From positions 30,238 to 94,237 of the forward strand of contig CAWJVS010000020.1 in assembly GCA_963846335.1 (NCBI GenBank): a stretch of DNA of 64,000 nucleotides. The letters run 5' to 3'. The stretch comes from an uncultured Bacteroidales bacterium. Its GTDB lineage: Bacteria; Bacteroidota; Bacteroidia; Bacteroidales; VadinHA17. The notes beneath the pieces were generated by a model that saw nothing but the letters and a program-made list of their open reading frames with translations, was not told where the DNA came from and searched no databases. Both the position numbers and the translations under genes were made by a program. This document shows positions 55,182 to 63,865 of this stretch, one piece after another (the first letter of the stretch is position 1; each line of letters starts with the position of its first letter).

Positions 55182-56540
55182 TTAATTCCTACCTGCGTAC
55201 AACGGTTTCCCTGCACAGCAATTCTTAAACTTCCTGCCACTGCCGCATGGACAGGGATCATTTCTCTCGGGCGTAATAGTCCTTACTGCCTGATTTTCTT
55301 TATTCCTTATCCAGTTCATAACATTGGCAGGAGCCCTTTTATTTTTCAACTCCTTTGCCATGAATTCCATAAATGGCCCGGCGTGATGAAAAAACATTTT
55401 GTACCCTTCACACAAGTAATTCAGTCCTGGTTTGCCGTCCGGGGTATAATTAAACCTGTGTTTGGGACATTCGCCATGACATGCATATCTGACATCGCAT
55501 TTAAGACAATACAATGGCAATCCGTTGCGCTTGGCGATCCCAAAATCAAATTGCTTCTGTGACCTCACAAGATCAATAAGCGGTACAGATGAAATATTAC
55601 CCAGTAAATATTCAGGGTATACAAAATGGTCGCATGAAAAAAGATCTCCGTTATGTTCGATCGCAAGTGCATCCCCGCATGTTTCTGAGAAGACACACAA
55701 ACCAGGCATCTCGCCTGTGTAATTGGCCAGTGTGGCATCAAATATCTGAACATAATATCTTGCAACATCATTTCTTACCCATTCATTGAAAATGGTGATC
55801 AGAAATCTTCCGAAATCTTCAGCAGGCACTGACCAGTCTGTAACGGAAGAGTTACCTGATCCCCCGGGTGCTACAAGGCTTAAACTGTTATCATCCGCTT
55901 GCACCGACATCCTTTCCACTACAGGAAGAAACTGAATAAACCCGCTTCCGATTCGTTTAAGAAACCTGTATGTTTCGGATGCATATTTAACATTATAGCT
56001 GTTAACACAGCTTAGTGTATTGAATTCTGCCTTGTTTTTGTGAAGCAGTTCAATTCCTTTCATCACCCTTTTAAATGTCGGTCCGCCCGAAGCCGTCCGT
56101 CTGTAATGATCATGGTTGTGTTCTTCTCCATCGATAGAGATCCCTACAAGAATTTTATTATCAGCAAAAAACCTGCACCATTCATCAGTCAGCATAGTCC
56201 CGTTGGTCTGAAAGGCATTCTCAATGGTTTTGCCATTTGCATATTTTTGCTGAAGGCTGACAGCTGTCCTGAAATAATCTATTCCAAGTAAGGTTGGTTC
56301 GCCTCCCTGCCATACAAAAGTAACCACAGGCACCTGTTGAGCTTCAATATATTGCTTTATGAAATTTTCAAGAAGTTCCTCGTTGAGCCGGAAGTCTTTC
56401 TTTCCCCCGTAGAGCTTCTTCTTTTCGAGATAATAGCAGTATGTACAATTCAGATTGCATAATGGTCCTGCAGGTTTTGCCATTATGCTGAAGGCGAACG
56501 GTCTCCGCAATTTCAGCGCATCGGTGAAAAGTAAATCCAT
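55182..56540 (-). CDS. Anaerobic sulfatase-maturating enzyme (radical SAM/SPASM) with C-terminal SEC-C motif
   Basis: 452 aa. CNLNCTYCYY radical-SAM cluster, Cys-rich SPASM region (CGDALAIEHNGDLFSCDHF, CLKCDVRYACHGECP), and terminal CPCGSGRKFKNCC. Confidence 0.85.
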   Translation of the reverse strand: MDLLFTDALKLRRPFAFSIMAKPAGPLCNLNCTYCYYLEKKKLYGGKKDFRLNEELLENFIKQYIEAQQVPVVTFVWQGGEPTLLGIDYFRTAVSLQQKYANGKTIENAFQTNGTMLTDEWCRFFADNKILVGISIDGEEHNHDHYRRTASGGPTFKRVMKGIELLHKNKAEFNTLSCVNSYNVKYASETYRFLKRIGSGFIQFLPVVERMSVQADDNSLSLVAPGGSGNSSVTDWSVPAEDFGRFLITIFNEWVRNDVARYYVQIFDATLANYTGEMPGLCVFSETCGDALAIEHNGDLFSCDHFVYPEYLLGNISSVPLIDLVRSQKQFDFGIAKRNGLPLYCLKCDVRYACHGECPKHRFNYTPDGKPGLNYLCEGYKMFFHHAGPFMEFMAKELKNKRAPANVMNWIRNKENQAVRTITPERNDPCPCGSGRKFKNCCAGKPLYAGRN

Positions 56541-56553
56541 ACGATCAGCTTAT

Positions 56554-58089
56554 CTACCCATACCACTCACGTTTCCTGTCCGTTTGTCCATTCAGGATAT
56601 CGAGACAGATATTTACATCTTTTACTATCTGAAAATCAAACATCCCGACACAAATGAAATCAGCTCCGTTCTCAAACGCCCATTTGAAGCCATCCTTTGG
56701 CTCTATAGCGCCTGCTGCAAGCACTTTGTAACCCATTACAGGTACTTTTGCCCTGTTGACGAATTCCACTGTGCGCTCAGGAAAGAGGCAGAATATATTG
56801 TTATGAAACCTGTTGTGATCAAGGTATTCCTGTCCGTCAACCTCAAAAGTATGACGAAATTCTCTCGGATGAGCAGACCAGTATTGATCATGATGCATTG
56901 TCTTCATGTAGTAGTCGGGTATTATCCCAATGTTTTCACATTCAATTAATGATTCAACTGAATGGGCTGCCAGGCCGGCAGTATAATTCTGGCTCCTTAT
57001 CTTATCCATCATTTTTCCGATAACCTCAATTTTATTATCCCTAACAAGCCAGTCACACCAGTTACCCTGGATCTGAACAATGTCAACACCAAAATCAATA
57101 GCCTTGTTGATGTTCACAAAATAATCGTTCTTCTCCATATCGGGATGGACCTGCGATATTACTTTGATCTTGCTGCCTGTTGTTTTCTTATACTTAGCGA
57201 GCAGTGCGTTTGTAGGAAAACCTATGTTGATTGCATTTATGCCAGCCTTTTCGGCAAGGATAAGTGTTTCATAAATTTTCCGTTCGCTGTTATAGGCTTT
57301 GAACAGTTCCGGAACATAGATCAGATCCCTGGAATGTGCCCAGCCACCGATAAGGTTACCTCCAAGTATCATCCGGCTGAGAACATGATCACCAATCTTC
57401 CCGGAAGGCAGAGTCCCTTTCAATTCGCCGAGGGCTGATTGTTTTAACTGAATCGTGGCACCCGACATTACATCAATGCCATACTTCCTGTTATTCTGTG
57501 CTGCGAGGAAACCCATTACTCCCAGTAAAGGCAGTGTTGCAAGATTTTTAAGCACATCTCTGCGCGAACCGGAGTAAGGTACTTCCTGTTCACTTTCTGA
57601 ATGTTTTTTCCCATTTGATTTCCTGGTTAATTCAATCAGGTAATCAATACCATATCCCTTTTCATTGAAAAATGCAAGAAAAAGGAGAACAGCGGTCTCA
57701 ATGAATATCTTGTCTACAATAAACAAGTGCCCTTCGGCTATATTGAAGAGGGAGGCTCCAAAGGGAGGGTATGCAAAATAATAGAGTGTAAGCAGCAAGG
57801 CCCCTGAAATGGCTGCCACCCTGACGAAAATGCCAATAAACAACCCAATGCCAATCAGCATAAGGCCATAGATATTAAGTATATCGATTATTTTCAGAAG
57901 ACCGGGGGATGAAGCAATAGAGTGATAAAGGCCTGATAATGGCCCTGTCGAATTGGCAAGATATGAATATGAACTCCAGTCCGGGATAAGCAATTTTGAT
58001 ACCCCTTCATAAAGAAAATGCCAGCCAACTGCCATTCTGAGAAGAGAAACAAAGAGCTTTTTCCAGTTAATCTGATTTGAATTTTTCAT
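56554..58089 (-). CDS. DoxX-domain membrane protein fused through a Tat-like segment to a ~320-aa uncharacterised soluble domain
   Basis: The N-terminal 150 aa are DoxX-like (LLRMAVGWHFLYEGVSKL, 4 TM segments). Residues 175-181 are SRRDVLK, followed by an h-region (57547-57567). I could not assign the C-terminal domain. Confidence 0.6.
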   Translation of the reverse strand: MKNSNQINWKKLFVSLLRMAVGWHFLYEGVSKLLIPDWSSYSYLANSTGPLSGLYHSIASSPGLLKIIDILNIYGLMLIGIGLFIGIFVRVAAISGALLLTLYYFAYPPFGASLFNIAEGHLFIVDKIFIETAVLLFLAFFNEKGYGIDYLIELTRKSNGKKHSESEQEVPYSGSRRDVLKNLATLPLLGVMGFLAAQNNRKYGIDVMSGATIQLKQSALGELKGTLPSGKIGDHVLSRMILGGNLIGGWAHSRDLIYVPELFKAYNSERKIYETLILAEKAGINAINIGFPTNALLAKYKKTTGSKIKVISQVHPDMEKNDYFVNINKAIDFGVDIVQIQGNWCDWLVRDNKIEVIGKMMDKIRSQNYTAGLAAHSVESLIECENIGIIPDYYMKTMHHDQYWSAHPREFRHTFEVDGQEYLDHNRFHNNIFCLFPERTVEFVNRAKVPVMGYKVLAAGAIEPKDGFKWAFENGADFICVGMFDFQIVKDVNICLDILNGQTDRKREWYG

Positions 58090-58177
58090 CTGAAATACGG
58101 ATTTTTGATTTTAAATTTAAAATACTATGTGTCCTTCGCGATAACCTTATTGTGTTTGTGTTTAAAAATTCATTAAC

Positions 58178-58220
58178 CACAATGGACACTAAGGACTGCA
58201 CAAAGGGAAGCACAAAGGTG
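58178..58220. repeat. Four copies of CAC(A/T)A(A/T)GG at 58178, 58187, 58199 and 58211
   Basis: Read directly in the divergent spacer upstream of the Gfo/Idh/MocA gene. It is one mismatch from the CACAGAGG form seen at 31452-31491. Confidence 0.7.
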
Positions 58221-58312
58221 TTTCTGTCCAAATAAAAACTTCCATAAACATACAATAATTTTTAAAATAACGACCTTTTAATCACATTCAGCACGCACTC
58301 AATTTTTATTAC

Positions 58313-58320
58313 TATTTTTG
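58313..58320 (+). promoter_or_regulatory. Candidate Bacteroidetes -7 box (TATTTTTG)
   Basis: Matches TAnnTTTG 31 nt upstream of the ATG at 58351. No clear -33 TTTG was found. Confidence 0.35.
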
Positions 58321-58350
58321 GTATCATCAGATCATCAAATACTCCGGAAA

Positions 58351-59628
58351 ATGAAAAGAAGAAAATTTATACACGTTACCTCCCTGGGCTCTGCAGCTAT
58401 TGCATCAAACCTTTATTTAAAACCTCTGGCTGATGATCGTACACTCAAAATCGGACTTATTGGCTCCGGTTGGTATGGTATGGTTATCGCCAAAGCCGCA
58501 TTGAAAGTTGGAGGCGTACAGGTGATTGCCGTCTGTGATGTTGACTCTGAACACCTGAATAAGAGTGCGGATGAACTCGAAAAACTGCAGGGTACAAAGC
58601 CAAAGACTTTCAAATATTACCATGATCTTCTGGGGATGAAGGGGCTCGAAGCCGTCTTTATCGGAACACCGCCGCACTGGCACGCCCTTCAGTTTATTGC
58701 AGCATGTGAAAAGGGCCTTGACATTTATTGTGAAAAACCTCTTTCGTATGATGTAAGGGAAGGAATAGCTATGGTAAATGCTGCTGAAAAAACAGGAAAT
58801 ATAGTTCAGCTGGGGTTTCAGCGACGGCAGAGCGAAGCATTCAAAAAAACTAAAGAACTTCTCGGGAACGGACGAATTGGCAATCTTCATCAGGTTAATG
58901 CACAGATACATTATAACCCTGTTCTGCAGGATAATACGATTCAACCTCCACCTGCATCACTCGATTGGGATGAATGGTGCGGTCCTGCTCCAATGCTCGA
59001 TTACCGTCCCGGCATAGGTCATATGGCCTGGAGACTCGAAAAAGCGTATGGCAATGGACATCTGGTCGACTGGGGCATACACCATATTGATATAATACGC
59101 CGCATAATGGGTGAGGGGATGCCTGAAGAGTTCCGCTCGTCCGGAGGCAATTATACCCTGAAGGGCCAGATAACCACGCCTGACACACTGACCTCCCAGA
59201 TGGCATTTAAAACGGCTCCTCTCATATGGCAGCACAGGCTATGGGGAACAGGAGACATTAATAATGAATTCAATAACGGGATCTTCTTTTACGGAGAGAA
59301 AGGCACCATGTTTGCGGATGATTCCAGGGTAGTGATATTCGAAGCCGGAAAAGATGGAAAAAGAGAGGATCTGCAGATCCCGACTGAATCGATGCAGGAA
59401 AATCATGTAAAGAATTTTCTTGATGCCGTAAGAACAAAAAACAGAAAGACTATCAGCTGTACACCGGAAGATGCTTTCCAGTCAACTGCGACAGTACAGC
59501 TGGCCATGATCTCATATTATACCGGGTCTGTGGTGAAATGGGATTATCAGAAGAAAGAGATTGCCGGCAATCCGGAAGCATCACAACTGCTGAAAAGGGA
59601 GTACCGGGAAAAGTATAAACATCCATAA
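58351..59628 (+). CDS. Gfo/Idh/MocA-family oxidoreductase with twin-arginine signal
   Basis: Start chosen at MKRRKFIHVTSLGSAAIAS (Tat-like RRKF plus h-region); the ORF track begins 33 nt earlier at 58318. Rossmann motif IGLIGSGWYG; EKPL motif (CEKPLS). Confidence 0.8.
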   Translation: MKRRKFIHVTSLGSAAIASNLYLKPLADDRTLKIGLIGSGWYGMVIAKAALKVGGVQVIAVCDVDSEHLNKSADELEKLQGTKPKTFKYYHDLLGMKGLEAVFIGTPPHWHALQFIAACEKGLDIYCEKPLSYDVREGIAMVNAAEKTGNIVQLGFQRRQSEAFKKTKELLGNGRIGNLHQVNAQIHYNPVLQDNTIQPPPASLDWDEWCGPAPMLDYRPGIGHMAWRLEKAYGNGHLVDWGIHHIDIIRRIMGEGMPEEFRSSGGNYTLKGQITTPDTLTSQMAFKTAPLIWQHRLWGTGDINNEFNNGIFFYGEKGTMFADDSRVVIFEAGKDGKREDLQIPTESMQENHVKNFLDAVRTKNRKTISCTPEDAFQSTATVQLAMISYYTGSVVKWDYQKKEIAGNPEASQLLKREYREKYKHP

Positions 59629-59636
59629 AAAATTAA

Positions 59637-59662
59637 TGTGGCTCAATTTTCACCGCGCCACA
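59637..59662 (+). terminator. Weak hairpin candidate after the Gfo/Idh/MocA gene
   Basis: TGTGGC (59637-59642) pairs with GCCACA (59657-59662) across a 14-nt loop, followed by CCATATTTTA. The stem is short and the loop large. Confidence 0.25.
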
Positions 59663-59884
59663 CCATATTTTAATAAAACAATTTTCCCCCTATTGCTTTA
59701 TACACATTATAAACATAAGCTCATTGAATTTTGTTCCGGACAGATCATTTTCCGATACAATATATGAAGTGCCGTTGATTATCTGCTTATTATACAATTT
59801 GGGCAACAAATTGGCAACAATATTTCAAATATCAACGGAAAATATTAACCAAATATTGGAAGATTTTTAAGGACTTGCGGAAAT

Positions 59885-59914
59885 ACAAGACCCCTGCTTC
59901 ACCAGAGGTCTTGT
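59885..59914 (-). terminator. Hairpin candidate downstream of the 59932..60360 gene
   Basis: An 8-bp stem, ACAAGACC/GGTCTTGT, with a 14-nt loop, 17 nt after the stop. The U-tract is poor. Confidence 0.3.
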
Positions 59915-59931
59915 TCAATTCCGGATTAGTT

Positions 59932-60360
59932 TCACTGAACCGTACTGGCCAGATCAACCCCAGCCTTGAACTTGATCACTCGCTTCGGAGTGTTCGACAG
60001 AAATTGAGTGTAGTCTGCAGTAACAATATGCAATGCTGTCATTGCACCAACCCATTCAATCGGGACAGTGACTGAAGTTGATCCATCAGCTCTTGCAGCA
60101 GCATCAGTGTAAATCATTGCCTTATTTGTGATGCAGTTGAATAACACAAATGTCAATAGGCTTGCAAGTTCATCAGGGTTCTGTGTATTTGGATCCCAAG
60201 CAATATCAATCACCTGATTAGGCTGTGCATTTAATGAAGCATTAAATACAGAGCTGCCTTCAAATTCACACAGAACGACTTTTGTATGATCCAGGATAGG
60301 AGGATCTCCTACACAGGCATTCCTGACATTTATACTGGTGATCTTGTTGAATGGAGACAT
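59932..60360 (-). CDS. Hypothetical protein (142 aa)
   Basis: Start chosen at MSPFNKITS (60360). The upstream 71 codons of the 213-aa ORF cross a C/T-rich low-complexity stretch and look non-coding. I did not recognise any motif with confidence. Confidence 0.45.
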   Translation of the reverse strand: MSPFNKITSINVRNACVGDPPILDHTKVVLCEFEGSSVFNASLNAQPNQVIDIAWDPNTQNPDELASLLTFVLFNCITNKAMIYTDAAARADGSTSVTVPIEWVGAMTALHIVTADYTQFLSNTPKRVIKFKAGVDLASTVQ

Positions 60361-60581
60361 TTTACGAAGGCTGCTTGTTGCTTTGCAACCTGAAGGCTTT
60401 GTTCGGATATTTTGCAGGGCTTGCAGCCGTTTCACAATGACAGGCACAAAAACCATGACAAAAGCAAAATGTTGGCAAGCGAGGAATGGGAGGGCAGAAG
60501 GGTAGGCAAGGGGGACTGCTGTAAAATACAATCCAAACCCCAAAGAATGAAGAGTGTGAATTTTGCAGCACAATCAGAGTT

Positions 60582-61481
60582 TTATGTTATGCGAGTTCGG
60601 CGCTGACCAGTTCTGTCATTTAAGTTTACGCGCATTTTATTCAAAGTTTGAATCTCATTATGTAATTCGTCTAATTTCGAAATTATATGCTTATAAAGAT
60701 CTTCAGAGTTTTTATCTTTAAATTTAATCTCCTGAAGCTCTTGGGATAATTCATTTTGGCTTTCTTGCATGCTGTTCATAATTACACCAATAAAAAGGTT
60801 CATAATTATCATAGCTCCGATTAAAATAAAACTGGCAAAATACAGGAAAGGCCAAATAGAAATTATTTGCATATTCCCATTCGAAACAGAACCAAAAATA
60901 TGAGTATTCATTATATCTGTCCACCCTTCAAGTGTTAACACTTTAAAAAGTGTGACAAAAGTATGGTGCAAATCACCAAAGTGCAAGGGGTCGGAAGCTC
61001 CAAAAACAAAAACACCTACAACTGCGTATACATAAAATAATATTCCGATAAGCAGAATGATATAACCCATAGAAGGAATGCTTTTTACTAAAGCACCAAT
61101 CAGAAGCCTCAGTTTCGGAAGAAAGGTTATCATACGCAGTATTCTTAAAACCCTTAATATTCGAAATACTGCAAAAAAATGTGTATCAACTACCGGAATG
61201 AGGCAAATGGCAACTATTACAAAATCAAATACATTCCATGGGTCTGAAAAAAAGTCCCAGGGCCTTTTTCCATTGGAAACAATTTTCAGTCCAATCTCCA
61301 GGACAAAACATGAAATAATTAACTTATCAAGAAATACTAGTATAAATGTGTGTTTTGAGGCAATTTCCGGATAGGATTCAATGCCGATAATAATTGCAGA
61401 TAACAAAATAAGGACGAATATGAAAACATTGAATGTTTTATTCTTAGTGATTTTTTGAGCTGTTTCGGCAATGAGGTTCAT
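60582..61481 (-). CDS. Voltage-gated ion channel, single-domain BacNaV/NaChBac-like
   Basis: 299 aa with six TM segments. S4: FRILRVLRILRMITFLPKLR (Arg every third residue). Pore: FVTLFKVLTLEGWTDIM. C-terminal coiled-coil-like QELQEIK...LDELHNEIQTLNK. Confidence 0.85.
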   Translation of the reverse strand: MNLIAETAQKITKNKTFNVFIFVLILLSAIIIGIESYPEIASKHTFILVFLDKLIISCFVLEIGLKIVSNGKRPWDFFSDPWNVFDFVIVAICLIPVVDTHFFAVFRILRVLRILRMITFLPKLRLLIGALVKSIPSMGYIILLIGILFYVYAVVGVFVFGASDPLHFGDLHHTFVTLFKVLTLEGWTDIMNTHIFGSVSNGNMQIISIWPFLYFASFILIGAMIIMNLFIGVIMNSMQESQNELSQELQEIKFKDKNSEDLYKHIISKLDELHNEIQTLNKMRVNLNDRTGQRRTRIT

Positions 61482-62119
61482 GGTTTTTTTATTTTTGAAA
61501 ACATAATTTTTAACATAGGAAAAGAAGCAAGTACAATAAATCCGAAAAGTAAATAGATACTGTAATTAATCAATTGAGGATAAGCGTTGCCAAGATAATA
61601 TCCAAGCGATGTAAGCGAACCAATCCAGATCACAGCTCCTATAACGTTAAGGTAGCTGAATCGGGCTAAGGGAATACCGGATGCTCCCGCCAGCATAGGA
61701 ATAATTGTTCGGATAACGGGCAAAAATCTTCCTGTAATAAAAGCCCACAGACCGTATTTTTCATAGAAAGCTTTACTTTTTTCAAGGTAGTGCCTTTTAA
61801 ATATCCTGGCATCAGTCTTATTGAAGAGTTTCGGACCAAGCCATTTCCCTTTGGCATAGCCCGTAAAATCACCAAGCACCGCAGCTGCAATCATTGTTGT
61901 AAGCAATACTAACAAGGGAATATCGAGGTAGTGGGTTCCACATAACAATCCTGCAGTAAAAACCAGATAGTCACCCCCCGGAAGCACCAGGCCCAGGAAG
62001 AATCCTGTTTCGAGGTAGATAATTATTAATAAAAGGATAAAACCACCGTATTGGATCAAATGTTCAGGATCAGTAAATTGTTGAATAAAGCTGAATGATA
62101 AAACTATTCTCTCCTTCAT
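61478..62119 (-). CDS. DedA family membrane protein
   Basis: 213 aa. LETGFFLGLVLPGGDYLVFTAG, FITGRFLPVIRTIIPMLAG. Overlaps the channel gene by 4 nt. Confidence 0.85.
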   Translation of the reverse strand: MKERIVLSFSFIQQFTDPEHLIQYGGFILLLIIIYLETGFFLGLVLPGGDYLVFTAGLLCGTHYLDIPLLVLLTTMIAAAVLGDFTGYAKGKWLGPKLFNKTDARIFKRHYLEKSKAFYEKYGLWAFITGRFLPVIRTIIPMLAGASGIPLARFSYLNVIGAVIWIGSLTSLGYYLGNAYPQLINYSIYLLFGFIVLASFPMLKIMFSKIKKP

Positions 62120-62285
62120 TGTGATTTGTTATTTTAAAGTTGAAAAATACGTTCCTATTTTTTACTCTTTTCTGAAAGTAATGTGATACTATATAAATTT
62201 TGCATTCTTTTATCAATATCGGAAATAGTATCAGCACATTCTTTTAATTCCTGAGTTACAGATGCAATTTTTTTATCAGTTAAAA

Positions 62286-63199
62286 TTAGGGTTTTCGCAT
62301 TCTTAAGGAAAGGATAATGCTTCCGGTTATTGCAGTGGCAATAAATACCAGAGACCATTCGATCGGTATTTTATAAAAATCAATCAGAATCATTTTAATA
62401 CCAACAAAAACCAGGACAATAGCCAAGCCCATAGCTTAAAAGCCAGAAACGGTGAACAACTCCGGCCAGGGCAAAATATAATGAACGTAAGCCAAGTATC
62501 GCAAAAACGTTGGATGTGTAAACAATAAACTGGTCCTGCGTAATTGCAAGAATTGCCGGAATGCTGTCAACAGCAAAAATCAAGGTCGGTTGTTTCAATG
62601 AGGATCAAAACTAAAAACAATGGTGTTGCAAATCGTCTGCCATCTATTCTTATAAAGAATTTATCTTCATGCAAAGTTTGAGTAACAGGCATAAACTTTT
62701 TAAAGAATTTTAAAACCGGATTTTTATCGGGATCAATTTTCGAATTACTGTGATTAAACATTTTAATCCCGGTAAAAATCAGTAATGCTCCGAAAATATA
62801 TATCGTGAAATGAAATTTTTCAAGCAGTGCAACACCTGCAAAAATAAAAATCACACGCATGATCAATGCCCCGATAATACCCCAGAAAAGAACTTTATGC
62901 TGATATTTTGAGGGTATCTGGAAATAGGTAAAAATCATTATAAATACAAAGATATTATCAACACTTAAGGCCTTTTCGACCAGATATCCGGTAAAATACT
63001 CCAATGCCTGCTGCTGTCCTCTCCAGAAATAAATTATTACATTAAATATCAGGGCAAGAAAAACCCATACAAAAGTCCATGTTAATGCCTCTTTCACTGA
63101 CACTTCATGACTTTTTCGATGAAAAACGCCTAAGTCAAGTGCCAACATGATAAGGACAAAGACATTAAAAATTATCCAGAATATTATAGGTGTTTCCAT
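62286..63199 (-). pseudogene. TerC/Alx family membrane protein, split by 2 frameshifts
   Basis: The 210-aa fragment (62567..63199) contains YLVEKALSVDNIFVF. It continues as [35 protein letters not shown] (62395..62598). The tail [44 protein letters not shown] is in a third frame, with its stop at 62286-62288. Confidence 0.8.
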
Positions 63200-63230
63200 T
63201 ACATTTGCTTTAGATAATTAAACCACTTTT

Positions 63231-63863
63231 TCATACTGTTGAATCAAAAAATGTTACTTCTCCGGTATCAATATCATATAGCCCTCCAACAATCAGAATT
63301 CTACCCTCTTTTTCCAGATTATTAAGTATAACACTCTTTTCCCTGATCTGGCTGATTATTAAGCGAACATTAATAATACTTACGTTAGAAACAAACGAAT
63401 GGTTTTGACCTGTTCTGTCCACATGGGTTTCAACTTCTTTATCAATTGCAGGTTTTATTTTATTAAGTAACCCGGTTAAGTGCCCTGACTTTAGGTTATT
63501 GCATGCACTGATAACTGCACCACACCTGGTATGACCCAGTACTACAACTATTTTCGAATTCGCTATATCGCAGGCAAACTCCATACTGCCAAGAATATCA
63601 TCGTTTAGAATATTCCCTGCAATTCTGATGCTAAATATATCGCCCAAACCCTGGTCGAAAATAAGTTCAGCCGATGTTCTTGAATCGATACAACTTAATA
63701 TGGCTGCAAAAGGATATTGGCCCTCTGATGTTTGATTTACCTGTTTCAGGAGATTCCTGTCCAGTTTCAGATTATTTAGAAACCTTACATTACCCTCTTT
63801 CAAAAATTCCAGTGCTTTTAAGGGTGTAATTTTATCCTGGCTCTCCTTAGTATGTGCCCACAT
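63231..63863 (-). CDS. Beta-class carbonic anhydrase
   Basis: 210 aa. The SCIDSR and GHTRCGA zinc-ligand motifs are diagnostic. Confidence 0.9.
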   Translation of the reverse strand: MWAHTKESQDKITPLKALEFLKEGNVRFLNNLKLDRNLLKQVNQTSEGQYPFAAILSCIDSRTSAELIFDQGLGDIFSIRIAGNILNDDILGSMEFACDIANSKIVVVLGHTRCGAVISACNNLKSGHLTGLLNKIKPAIDKEVETHVDRTGQNHSFVSNVSIINVRLIISQIREKSVILNNLEKEGRILIVGGLYDIDTGEVTFFDSTV

Positions 63864-63865
63864 TT

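Noticed and set aside
58417-58944. Antisense ORFs inside well-supported genes. Examples: 58417..58944 opposite the Gfo/Idh/MocA gene, 47283..47795 opposite sulfatase 1, 14596..15084 opposite GH78, 33608..34253 opposite the NuoF-like gene.
   Set aside because: The translations are compositionally odd and lack motifs. The opposite strand encodes recognisable conserved proteins across the same span.
60361-60573. The N-terminal 71 codons of the 213-aa ORF as genuine coding sequence.
   Set aside because: The translation is Cys/Phe/Leu/Pro-rich and crosses a pyrimidine tract. An internal Met at 60360 follows a plausible leader. I shortened the gene and flagged the region as a possible RNA or leader instead.
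62155-62358. A 67-aa minus-strand ORF between TerC and DedA.
   Set aside because: Its only Met lies inside the TerC C-terminal coding region (third-frame tail ending at 62286). The part downstream of the TerC stop has no start codon, so I treated it as a frame artefact plus spacer.
63200-63230. The yybP-ykoY (Mn) riboswitch expected upstream of TerC-family genes.
   Set aside because: Only 31 nt separate the carbonic anhydrase stop from the TerC start, which is too short for the ~100-nt element.
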